Shown here: positions 50,591 through 59,341 of the stretch, in pieces
How positions within the stretch are numbered: position 1 is the stretch's first letter
How the letters are laid out: every line of letters begins with the position of its first letter
From: an uncultured bacterium
GTDB lineage: Bacteria > Fidelibacterota > Marinisomatia > Marinisomatales > AB-629-J13
Length of the DNA stretch: 60,416 bases
Direction: 5' to 3'
Assembly (NCBI GenBank): GCA_964606925.1
Contig: CAZSIH010000001.1
Location: forward strand, 1 to 60,416
Made by a program: the position numbers and the translations under genes
Notes under the pieces: model-generated
Told to the model about the DNA's origin: nothing
Databases searched by the model: none
The model's input: only the letters and a program-made list of their open reading frames with translations

Positions 50591-52127
50591 CTTTTTTCTC
50601 CCAAGTCACAAACCGTTCGGCATTGAAGACGAGTTTCGGACGATATCCCAAAAGGGTATTTTGAGTAATGGTATAATTTCCCTTATGCCACAGAAATACC
50701 CAGGGAACTTCATCATGTAATATTTTATTTGCTTTTTGGATCAAGGTGTTTCTTTCTATTCCGTGTGATAAAGATTGAATTTTGAGAATAATCTTGTCTA
50801 TAACCGGATTTGAATAACGGTTTCTTTTCGTCATGGATTCTGTCGAGTAGAATAGCGGATATAGAAAGTTTTCAGCGTCGGGATAGTCTGCTGTCCAGTT
50901 TAGATAATACATGGGAGGTTGTCCGATGCGTACAGCGGACTTGAAGACATTCCAATCACTGCGGATAATTTTGACATTTATGCCCACTGCCGCCCAATCG
51001 GATTGAAATGCTTCCAGAACATGAAACATTTCCGAACCCCCCCCAACCCACAATTCGGCTTCCAATCCGTCAGGATAACCGGATTCTTCCAGCAATTGAA
51101 TTGCTTTTTCTGGGTCATAAGGTAAAGGTTTAAAACTATTGTTTCCTAAAAAAGCAGGAGGAACAGGACCGGAAGCCAACTCTCCACCCGGTATTAAAAG
51201 ACGAAGGTGTTTTTCTCTGTCTAAAGAAAGATTCATTGCCCGTCGTATACGAATATCATTAAATGGAGGCCTTGAACAGTTTAAACCTATATACCAGATA
51301 TTTAACTCATCAGCATGAACAACACGGTCTTCAAACTCAGGATATGTGGACCACCGTTGAATTTCTGTGGAAGGAATAGTTAGAAAATCGAGGTTTCCTG
51401 CTTCAAATTCTGCTGACCGGGTCATAGCTTCAGAGAGAATTCGAAAACTTAATTCTGGTTCCTTTGGTTTTTCTCCCCAATAATTATCATTACGTATTAA
51501 CTGTATTTTTCCGTCTCTTTCCCATTTGGCTAATTTCCAGGGACCGCTTCCGGCAGGAATTTCTTGTATTGTATCAATGTTTCTATAATTAATAATTGCC
51601 GAAGAAGGCATGGCTAAATATTGAATAAAGGGAGAAAAGGAAGACTTCAATCTTATAGTCAGCGAACTGTCATTTTCTGCAATTAGTCCACTCACGAAAG
51701 GAGAGGTTCCCTCTATAAATTCTGCAGCGCCTTCAATCCTTGTAAACATCCAGCTTTGAGGTGAAAGGATTTCCAGATCCAAAATCCGTTTAAACGAAAG
51801 AACAACATCTGTTGCTGTCACAGGATTTCCATCATGAAACAAAATATTTTTTCTCAGGAAAAACCGATATTCTTTTCCATCACCAGAAATGTCCCACTGA
51901 AAGGCAATTCCCGGAATTATCTCAGTACTGTCTCCAAAATGAACCAGATTATCATAAACCAGAGATACGATTTTTCCCGACCGCACATCTACAGCCTGAG
52001 CAGGATCAAATCCCCTAATATCGGATGAAAGTGCTAATCTTATTCCCGATTCAGGAGGAACATTTCCGCATCCCATGATGAGATAAATGGCGGAAACAGT
52101 AAAAACCCGATTAAAATAAAACCTCAT
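50583..52127 (-). CDS. ABC transporter substrate-binding lipoprotein, family 5 (peptide/nickel/glutathione type)
   Basis: Lipobox LIMGCG. 514 aa. It heads the permease genes with an 8-nt overlap. Confidence 0.85.
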   Translation of the reverse strand: MRFYFNRVFTVSAIYLIMGCGNVPPESGIRLALSSDIRGFDPAQAVDVRSGKIVSLVYDNLVHFGDSTEIIPGIAFQWDISGDGKEYRFFLRKNILFHDGNPVTATDVVLSFKRILDLEILSPQSWMFTRIEGAAEFIEGTSPFVSGLIAENDSSLTIRLKSSFSPFIQYLAMPSSAIINYRNIDTIQEIPAGSGPWKLAKWERDGKIQLIRNDNYWGEKPKEPELSFRILSEAMTRSAEFEAGNLDFLTIPSTEIQRWSTYPEFEDRVVHADELNIWYIGLNCSRPPFNDIRIRRAMNLSLDREKHLRLLIPGGELASGPVPPAFLGNNSFKPLPYDPEKAIQLLEESGYPDGLEAELWVGGGSEMFHVLEAFQSDWAAVGINVKIIRSDWNVFKSAVRIGQPPMYYLNWTADYPDAENFLYPLFYSTESMTKRNRYSNPVIDKIILKIQSLSHGIERNTLIQKANKILHDEVPWVFLWHKGNYTITQNTLLGYRPKLVFNAERFVTWEKKDG

Positions 52128-52299
52128 GTAAAGATGAAAATACGATAATTAAACCCCTTTTTCTTAGTTATAAACCCTATCTTTTGTTGTGTGTATTTAA
52201 AATGGAAATCATTTTCTCAAAATAATTATGACTATACAGTTACATCCTTAAATTTTACGCTAATTTTTAATTGTTTTTAATTTAATTGGAATATTTATA

Positions 52300-54996
52300 A
52301 TGAATAAGAACGTTTATTTTTTCGGAAATACTAAAGCCGACGGAAACGCTAGAATGAAAAATTTATTAGGGGGCAAAGGGGCAAACCTTGCTGAAATGAA
52401 CCACCTTGGAATTTCCGTTCCCCCGGGATTTACCATTACAACAGAAGTTTGTACGCACTATTACGACCACGATCAAAACCTTCCAGATAAATTGAAATTT
52501 CAAGTTGCACATGCCATAACACAAACTGAGGACATCATGGAAGCAGGATTTGGAAATGCAGTAAATCCTCTTTTGATGTCTATTCGCTCTGGTGCTAGGC
52601 AATCCATGCCCGGAATGATGGAAACGGTTCTCAATGTGGGGCTAACCACAGCCACAATTCCGGGGTTGATTAATAAAACCAACAATCCCAGATTTGTATA
52701 TGATGCCTACCGCCGTCTCATTACAATGTATGCGGATGTGGTTATGGAAAAAGCAGCAGGAATAGAGCCGGTAGAAGGACAGGGGATCCGACAAAAACTG
52801 GAGTCTATTTTAAACGAATTTAAAGAGAAAAAAGGATATAAAAATGATACAGAAATTTCTGCCGTAGACTGGCAAACGCTTTCTGATTTGTATAAAAACG
52901 AAGTAAAATATACCCTGGGGTCAAAATTCCCGGATAATCATTCAGAACAGCTTTGGGGTGGAATTAAAGCAGTGTTTCAAAGCTGGAACGGAAACAGGGC
53001 TATCAGTTACCGTAAGATTGAAAACATTCCGGATAAATGGGGAACAGCGGTCAATGTGCAGGCGATGGTATTCGGAAACATGGGAGAAAATTCAGCAACG
53101 GGTGTTGCCTTTACCCGTAACCCCGCTACCGGTGAAAACCAATTTTACGGTGAGTGGCTGGAAAATGCTCAAGGCGAAGATGTGGTGGCGGGACTCCGCA
53201 CACCCAACCCCATGAACGAAGCCACAAAGACAACTGATAGCCAAAATCTGCCTTCCCTGGAAAAAACAATGCCAGAGATTTATAACCAGTTAGCGGATAT
53301 TAGAAATATCCTTGAGACTCACTACACAGATATGCAGGACATTGAGTTTACCATTCAGGAGGGAAGGTTATGGATGCTGCAAACTCGTGTGGGAAAACGA
53401 ACCGGTTCTGCGGCAATTAAAGTGGCAGTAGATATGGTAAGAGAAGGAATGATTAATAAAAAGACAGCCATAAATCGCGTGAGACCCGATCAACTGGATG
53501 AACTGCTTCACCCGATGTTAGACATTAACAGCGAAAACAGAGCTGTAATTCTGGCAAAAGGATTGCCGGCAGGTCCCGGTGGCGCTACAGGAAGGCTTGT
53601 ATTTACAGCAGACGATGCAGAAGATTGGCACAATAAAGGAGAAAAAGTCATTCTTATCAGGGAAGAAACCTCCCCGGAAGATGTTCATGGAATGCATGCT
53701 GCAGAAGCCATCCTAACCGCCAAAGGAGGAATGACATCCCATGCCGCCCTGGTTGCCAGGGGGTGGGGGAAATGTTGTATTGTAGGATGCAGCGATCTTC
53801 ACATAAACATAAAAAACAAAGAAGTTTTTATAGGTGAAACCATTCTCAAAGAAGGGGATTGGATCACCATGAATGGTACGAGGGGAAACATATATGAAGG
53901 ACAGTTGAGACTTATCCCAGCTGACCCTGACACTCACCCGGAATATAAAATTATTATGAAGTGGGCGGATGAAATACGACAATTAAAAATTCGCACCAAT
54001 GCAGATACTCCTGAAAACGCTGCTCAGGCTCTTAATTTTGGCGCTGAAGGAATTGGCTTATGCAGAACTGAACATATGTTTTTTGAAGAATCTCGAATTA
54101 TAGCCATTCGGAAAATGATTCTTGCGGATAACGAAACAGACCGTCGGTCTGCTGTAATGGAATTGCTTCCCTTTCAAAAGGAAGACTTCAAAGGAATTTT
54201 TAAAGTCATGGGAGAGAAACCTGTAACTATCCGCTTTCTGGATCCGCCTCTCCATGAATTTATGACATTAACAGAGGATCAAATACTTGGGCTTGCAAAA
54301 CATATTGGCAAGGATTCTGCCACTGTAAAAAAACGAATTTCAATCCTTAACGAGGTCAATCCAATGCTGGGACACCGTGGATGTCGACTTGGAATTACCT
54401 ATCCTGAAATTACAGAAATGCAATCAAGAGCCATTTTTGAAGCAGCCGCAGAACTCACAAAAGAGAGCATAACTGTTTTTCCTGAAATCATGATTCCGCT
54501 GGTAGGAACAGTCACAGAGTTTGCAGACCAGGAATCCATTGTACGAAAGGTTGCAAAAGAAGTATTTAAAGAAACCAATGTTGAATTTAATTACACAGTG
54601 GGTACTATGATTGAACTTCCGAGAGCCTGTATCACTGCAGATGAAATTGCGAAACGTGCGGAGTTCTTCAGCTTTGGAACAAACGACCTCACACAAACGA
54701 CATTTGGATTCAGTCGGGACGATATTGGTTCATTCCTTCCTGATTATTTGGATAGAAACATTCTTTCTCAGGATCCATTTCAGTCATTGGATGTAGCCGG
54801 TGTTGGAAAACTGGTGTCCATGGCAGTCAAGCTTGGACGGGGGGTAAATCCAAAATTGAAGATTGGAATTTGCGGGGAGCATGGTGGCGACCCGGATTCT
54901 ATTCAATTTTGCAAAGAAAACAGATTGGACTATGTGAGCTGTTCACCTTTTAGGGTGCCTATTGCACGACTGGCAGCAGCTCAAGCAGAATTATAA
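52300..54996 (+). CDS. ppdK: Pyruvate, phosphate dikinase
   Basis: 898 aa. Phosphohistidine motif GGMTSHAALVARGWG. PEP-utilising C-terminal domain NDLTQ..GICGEHGGDP. Confidence 0.95.
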   Translation: MNKNVYFFGNTKADGNARMKNLLGGKGANLAEMNHLGISVPPGFTITTEVCTHYYDHDQNLPDKLKFQVAHAITQTEDIMEAGFGNAVNPLLMSIRSGARQSMPGMMETVLNVGLTTATIPGLINKTNNPRFVYDAYRRLITMYADVVMEKAAGIEPVEGQGIRQKLESILNEFKEKKGYKNDTEISAVDWQTLSDLYKNEVKYTLGSKFPDNHSEQLWGGIKAVFQSWNGNRAISYRKIENIPDKWGTAVNVQAMVFGNMGENSATGVAFTRNPATGENQFYGEWLENAQGEDVVAGLRTPNPMNEATKTTDSQNLPSLEKTMPEIYNQLADIRNILETHYTDMQDIEFTIQEGRLWMLQTRVGKRTGSAAIKVAVDMVREGMINKKTAINRVRPDQLDELLHPMLDINSENRAVILAKGLPAGPGGATGRLVFTADDAEDWHNKGEKVILIREETSPEDVHGMHAAEAILTAKGGMTSHAALVARGWGKCCIVGCSDLHINIKNKEVFIGETILKEGDWITMNGTRGNIYEGQLRLIPADPDTHPEYKIIMKWADEIRQLKIRTNADTPENAAQALNFGAEGIGLCRTEHMFFEESRIIAIRKMILADNETDRRSAVMELLPFQKEDFKGIFKVMGEKPVTIRFLDPPLHEFMTLTEDQILGLAKHIGKDSATVKKRISILNEVNPMLGHRGCRLGITYPEITEMQSRAIFEAAAELTKESITVFPEIMIPLVGTVTEFADQESIVRKVAKEVFKETNVEFNYTVGTMIELPRACITADEIAKRAEFFSFGTNDLTQTTFGFSRDDIGSFLPDYLDRNILSQDPFQSLDVAGVGKLVSMAVKLGRGVNPKLKIGICGEHGGDPDSIQFCKENRLDYVSCSPFRVPIARLAAAQAEL

Positions 54997-55209
54997 TTTA
55001 GGGTAAAGTCGTAAAACAGCCACTAAATGTAAGGTACCTATCAATAAGTCTATTTATCAGAGAATAAGACAGTTAGATAAAAATTAATGGAAATACGGGA
55101 ATTATCATGATGGAACAACTTTTTTAAAAAGAGAAAAGCACCTCTATTTCAACCAACAAAAATTTTTCAACTTATTTAACCGAAATAAAACTTTAACCAA
55201 AAACTTTCT

Positions 55210-56799
55210 ATGTGTGGAATATTTGCTTATATGGGTACAAACCAGCCCTGGGAGTGCATGAAAAATGAGTTTGAACGAATAAAGTATAGAGGCCCAGACA
55301 ACACCTGTGTAAACATACTGGACGGAGGAGGGATTCTTGCATTCCATAGGTTAGCAATTATGGGAATAACCGAAGAGGGTAATCAGCCCATGAAACACCC
55401 GGAAGACAATTCTCTGACATTAATTTGCAACGGAGAAATATATAACTATTTTGAATTGGCGGATAAATACGGATTTCAGCTTCAAACCGGTTCAGACAGT
55501 GAAATTATTCTATTCATGTTTAAGCAGTTTGGAATTAAGCGAACGGTTGAAGAGTTAGATGGGGTGTTCATTTTTGTAATCCATAATAAAAACACGAGAG
55601 AATATTTCGCAGGAAGAGATCCCTTTGGCGTCAGACCCGGTTTTATCGGTTATGCAAATCAAGATGTCTATATTGCATCGGAAGCCAAAGCACTCACAGG
55701 TTTGTGTGATGTGGTCAATCCGTTCCCCCCTGGCTGCTGGTGGAGTTCAAACGCACCGCATACATTTAATCGCTATTTTTATTGCGAGAATTTTGTGGAC
55801 AATACTGACAGTGAATCAAAAATCCATGAACGTGTACGCACACTGCTCACAAAAGCAGTACAGAAACGGATGATGGCTGAAAGGGAAATTGCTTGTTTAC
55901 TTTCAGGAGGGCTGGATTCAAGCCTAATTACGGCACTGGTTTCCCAAAACACACCAGACGATAACTTGCAAACGTTTTCAATCGGAATTTCAGGAAGTGT
56001 TGATTTGGAATATGCACAATGTGCTGCTGATTATATAGGCACAAGACATCATCAAATAGAATTGACTAAAAAAGAATTTTTAGATGCCACAGACACTGTG
56101 ATCTACACCATAGAATCTTTTGATACAACAACAGTTCGTGCAAGTGTGGGAAATTATCTGGTGTCAAAATATATTTCAGAGCATTCTGATTCTAAAGTGA
56201 TTTTTAATGGAGACGGAAGCGACGAAGTATGTTGTGGGTATGTTTATCTAAAAAACGCACCTTCTCCTACCGGGTTACAAAAAGAGAGTGAACGGTTAGT
56301 GAAGGAACTTTATTTTTTTGACGTTCTTCGCTCTGATCGGTCTATCAGTTCAAATGGACTGGAAGCCAGAACACCATTTTTAGACAAGACTTTTGTAAAA
56401 TATTATCTTTCTATTCCTCCGGAATTAAAAATGTTTGACGGAAAAGAAAGATTGGAAAAACACATATTGAGGGAAGCATTTTCAGAATTAAAAACTCTTC
56501 CGGATGAAATTCTCTGGCGTCGAAAATGCGCATTTTCAGATGGAGTAAGTAATCCCAAAGAATCGTGGCATAAGATAATACAGAATTACGTGGACACAAT
56601 TATCTCTGATGAAGAGTTTATGCGTGAATCGAAAAAAATAAATCATTGCAGACCGCTCCTAAAAGAAAGTTATTATTATAGAAAAGTGTATCAACAACAT
56701 TTCAGAGGGTATGAAAATTTAATCCCCCATTTTTGGATGCCGCAATGGACAGATGTAACGGATCCTTCAGCACGGGAACTGAAGGGTTATAAAGAATAA
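55210..56799 (+). CDS. asnB: Asparagine synthase (glutamine-hydrolysing)
   Basis: N-terminal nucleophile MCGIFAY and PP-loop LLSGGLDSS. 529 aa. Confidence 0.9.
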   Translation: MCGIFAYMGTNQPWECMKNEFERIKYRGPDNTCVNILDGGGILAFHRLAIMGITEEGNQPMKHPEDNSLTLICNGEIYNYFELADKYGFQLQTGSDSEIILFMFKQFGIKRTVEELDGVFIFVIHNKNTREYFAGRDPFGVRPGFIGYANQDVYIASEAKALTGLCDVVNPFPPGCWWSSNAPHTFNRYFYCENFVDNTDSESKIHERVRTLLTKAVQKRMMAEREIACLLSGGLDSSLITALVSQNTPDDNLQTFSIGISGSVDLEYAQCAADYIGTRHHQIELTKKEFLDATDTVIYTIESFDTTTVRASVGNYLVSKYISEHSDSKVIFNGDGSDEVCCGYVYLKNAPSPTGLQKESERLVKELYFFDVLRSDRSISSNGLEARTPFLDKTFVKYYLSIPPELKMFDGKERLEKHILREAFSELKTLPDEILWRRKCAFSDGVSNPKESWHKIIQNYVDTIISDEEFMRESKKINHCRPLLKESYYYRKVYQQHFRGYENLIPHFWMPQWTDVTDPSARELKGYKE

Positions 56800-56802
56800 C
56801 AT

Positions 56803-56836
56803 AAAAAAAAAGCCTCAATAATACTAAGGCTTTTTA
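56803..56836. terminator. Bidirectional rho-independent terminator between convergent asnB and motB
   Basis: AAAAAAAAAGCCT-caataatacta-AGGCTTTTT. An A-tract and a T-tract flank a short GC-containing stem, so it reads as hairpin plus U-run on both strands. Confidence 0.6.
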
Positions 56837-56858
56837 AATTGGATTAATTGAAATATTT

Positions 56859-57662
56859 TTATTCTATTGATGCAGTCTCGGTTTCCACAGCTTCTTCAAT
56901 TTTAGGACCCATCACATCTTTCATAGTTTTCTTGGGAAACAATATTTCTACCCGCCTGTTTTTTGATCTACCCTCGGGACTGTTATTTGTTTCAGCAATC
57001 CATGCCTGATCTAACAATCGGGGAAAGGGTGGTTTTTCTCTGGGAGAAAACTGAGCTACTCCAGTAGCTTCAAGCCTAAGTGGGTCTACGTCCATATTTA
57101 TGAGTCTGCGTACAACCGATGTTGCCCTGGCAGAAGACAACTCCCAGTTTGTTGGAAATATCCTTTGAAGACGCTTTGGAATGGGCCTGTCATCTGTATG
57201 TCCTTCAATTAGAACAGGATGATAATTATTGGGGGTGTTAATTATAGGGACAAGTTTGTCTAAAATACCTTGAAATTCAGGCTTGAGATTAGCAGATCCG
57301 GGATCAAAACTGGCTTCTTGAGAAATGGAAATAACCAGACCTTTCGGTGTTGAAAAAACCTCCATTTTTTCTTTTATTTCTTTATTTTCCTGTTTTTCCA
57401 ACATAGCCACCACTTCAGATTTAATATCTGCAAGATCCATAGCCCCTTCCATTTTTTTCTTTGACCCCATAGATTTCCCCATGGAGTCAGCCATTTCCTG
57501 AAGCTTTACCGGATCAAGGGTTGACATAGCGACCAAGAGAACAAAGAATGCCATTAAAAGGGTCATCATGTCGGCGAAAGTTCCAAACCAGCCCGGAAGA
57601 CCCTCGTCAACGGAGTTAACCCCCGCTTTAAACCCTTTCTTATAATTAGCAGTTTTTGGCAA
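56859..57662 (-). CDS. motB: MotB-type stator protein (OmpA-like peptidoglycan-binding C-terminus)
   Basis: Single TM segment with the conserved Asp: GWFGTFADMMTLLMAFFVLL. C-terminal IEGHTDDRPI..NWELSSARATSVVR..NRRVEILF. Confidence 0.75.
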   Translation of the reverse strand: MPKTANYKKGFKAGVNSVDEGLPGWFGTFADMMTLLMAFFVLLVAMSTLDPVKLQEMADSMGKSMGSKKKMEGAMDLADIKSEVVAMLEKQENKEIKEKMEVFSTPKGLVISISQEASFDPGSANLKPEFQGILDKLVPIINTPNNYHPVLIEGHTDDRPIPKRLQRIFPTNWELSSARATSVVRRLINMDVDPLRLEATGVAQFSPREKPPFPRLLDQAWIAETNNSPEGRSKNRRVEILFPKKTMKDVMGPKIEEAVETETASIE

Positions 57663-58448
57663 TTAGCCCTCTCTTTTCCATTCTTTTGGAGGGATAAAGG
57701 AATTCAGTTTTTCTCTTACAATGATAGGGTGCTTCTTTTGATGAATTAATTTAGCGCCTTCAACAAGCAGTGCTTGAATGGTGGAAGTAAACAGTATTCT
57801 GCTTCCCACCTTTGCAGCCATCGGAAGAAAAAACAGGTTTGCCAGAACAGAGCCGTAGAACGTTGTGATAAGAGCAGCAGACATACCGGCACCCAGTGCA
57901 TCCGTTCCCCCGCCTTCACCGCCAAATCCAGCCAACATAATAACCAGACCAATTAACGTACCTACCATCCCCCAGGCCGGGGCCATGGTTCCCATTGTTT
58001 TAAATAGATCAGACTGTGCTTTCTCCCTGACCTCCCTGTAATCTATTCGGGTGTATAAAATGTCAGAAATTTCCTCTTCAGAATAACCATCCACCACCAT
58101 TTGAAGTCCGTCTTTAAAAAAGAAGTTTTTAACCGAACCAAGCCTGCCTTCCAGTTCCGTTGTTCCTTTTCTGGCGACTTCGGCCACTTCCACCGCTTCG
58201 TCCACGTAGGTTCCTAATTTATCACCGCTTCCCTTAAAGGTTGCACCGATTGCTGCACCCAATGCCATGATATCATTCAAGGGGAAAGCGACAGCTACAG
58301 AGGCTATCATTCCTCCAAACACAATAACAAAACTGCTTGGCGAAATAAACACCACAGGACTGGCACCGGCGGCGACGGCATTCATAAATATTCCGCCCCC
58401 AATCATACCTAACCCTGAAATTATTCCAATTAATGTTGCAATATCCAT
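57663..58448 (-). CDS. motA: MotA/PomA-type stator proton-channel protein (4 TM with large cytoplasmic loop)
   Basis: 261 aa. Topology is TM1-TM2, an approximately 100-aa loop, then TM3-TM4 (MAPAWGMVGTLIGLVIML, SAALITTFYGSVLANLFFLPMA). AAGGAG Shine-Dalgarno sequence 10 nt upstream. Directly abuts motB. Confidence 0.75.
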   Translation of the reverse strand: MDIATLIGIISGLGMIGGGIFMNAVAAGASPVVFISPSSFVIVFGGMIASVAVAFPLNDIMALGAAIGATFKGSGDKLGTYVDEAVEVAEVARKGTTELEGRLGSVKNFFFKDGLQMVVDGYSEEEISDILYTRIDYREVREKAQSDLFKTMGTMAPAWGMVGTLIGLVIMLAGFGGEGGGTDALGAGMSAALITTFYGSVLANLFFLPMAAKVGSRILFTSTIQALLVEGAKLIHQKKHPIIVREKLNSFIPPKEWKREG

Positions 58449-58481
58449 AAAATGGTTACTCCTTTAGATTTTTCACATCCT

Positions 58482-58517
58482 ATTATCTAATAATCGTATG
58501 TGAAGCACAATTTTTTA
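58482..58517 (-). promoter_or_regulatory. Candidate motAB promoter (sigma28-like TAAA-N15-TACGATTA; alternatively sigma70-like TTGTGC-N17-GATAAT)
   Basis: The minus strand reads TAAA AAATTGTGCTTCACA TACGATTA TTAGATAAT, 30-70 nt upstream of the motA ATG. The -10 matches GCCGATAA at 5 of 8 positions, including the CGAT core. Confidence 0.3.
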
Positions 58518-58610
58518 ATTTTTTCTGAAATCATACAGTTAAATTTAAACAATGACTCCGTTAGAACACACGGAATAGTAAATTTCTTTATTCATGTATC
58601 AACACTTTTA

Positions 58611-58699
58611 AGTGGGCGAATTCGAGGTTCAGGTTAAGATCCGAGGTAAGGGGGATGCGGATTCCCATTTTGATACCTTCTCCACAGAACTCACCCACT
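58611..58699. repeat. 89-nt element closed by a 13-bp imperfect inverted repeat (AGTGGGCGAATTC ... GAACTCACCCACT)
   Basis: 11 of 13 Watson-Crick pairs. The two mismatches are C.A/A.C on the plus strand but G.U/U.G on the minus strand. Internal sub-hairpin at 58652-58666 (GGGA-tgcggat-TCCC). Confidence 0.5.
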
Positions 58700-58795
58700 A
58701 AATTTATGTTTAATATCATTCCTATTAAGTCTCCCGTTCTTTATTAATGAAAAACAAAGAGATGTTAAAATCTAAACAGATTCCTATCAGAAGGA

Positions 58796-58827
58796 ATGAA
58801 AACACTTTATGAATTATGAAAACACTT
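58796..58827. repeat. Direct repeat ATGAAAACACTT x2, 20-bp period
   Basis: Exact 12-mers at 58796-58807 and 58816-58827. A partial third copy, ATGAAAAACA, lies at 58747-58756. Confidence 0.6.
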
Positions 58828-58886
58828 CTTTCACACATAATAATCACACATTTTAAAAATTTTCCTTTTACCTCGGGTATATCGAT

Positions 58887-58908
58887 AATGACAATTCCTG
58901 TCATTTTT
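58887..58908 (+). terminator. Weak plus-strand-oriented hairpin plus T-run
   Basis: AATGACA-attcc-TGTCATT followed by TTT. The U-run exists only on the plus strand, although both flanking genes are on the minus strand. Confidence 0.25.
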
Positions 58909-58994
58909 AAATATTACTCCAAAAAAAGTACGGATGTCAAGAACATTTTCAACTATCCGTTCAATTATTTTGATTTAGTATTATTTTAAAAGAT

Positions 58995-59318
58995 TCACCA
59001 CAGCCAGAGATAAGTTACAGCACGATTTTTCTGTCCCAGATCAAGATCATTAGGGTTTCCACAATCCGCTCTCATTTCTGAGGTGTCTTTATGAAAAATA
59101 TCGTAATCTTCACCAAAAATAACGGAGCGAAATCTTCCCTCCTGTTCTTTACACCAACTTCTCACTACTTTCCGTAATGTTCCCTTTCCGTGTCCATGGA
59201 TTATTTTTAAGCACCCTGTGGTTCCTTCATATTGATGCCGGCTAACCTCTGTTTCAAGCAATGTGAGGGCGCTATCCAATGATAAATTTTTATGTCCAAT
59301 ATCAAGAATTTTAAACAT
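58995..59318 (-). CDS. Smr (small MutS-related) domain protein
   Basis: 107 aa. ..LDSALTLLETEV..GTTGCLKIIHGHGKGTLRKVVRSW fits the Smr pattern (DLHG-like start, IIHGKG core). Confidence 0.7.
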   Translation of the reverse strand: MFKILDIGHKNLSLDSALTLLETEVSRHQYEGTTGCLKIIHGHGKGTLRKVVRSWCKEQEGRFRSVIFGEDYDIFHKDTSEMRADCGNPNDLDLGQKNRAVTYLWLW

Positions 59319-59341
59319 TCCTCTACGTATAGAAATTCAAG

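Noticed and set aside
56859-58448. MotA/MotB homologues as a Zorya-type anti-phage system
   Set aside because: ZorA proteins are much longer, with a long C-terminal tail, and are followed by zorC/zorD or zorE. Here MotA is 261 aa with ordinary stator topology, and the neighbours are asnB and an Smr protein.
58611-58699. tRNA, tmRNA or SRP RNA hidden in the motA-smr spacer. The first 7 bp of the stem look like an acceptor stem.
   Set aside because: The 13-bp stem is contiguous, which is not acceptor-plus-T-arm geometry. There is no GTTCRANYC T-loop and no D-arm. The SRP GGAA-tetraloop domain IV motif is absent, as are the tmRNA 5' GGGG and 3' CCA-end features.
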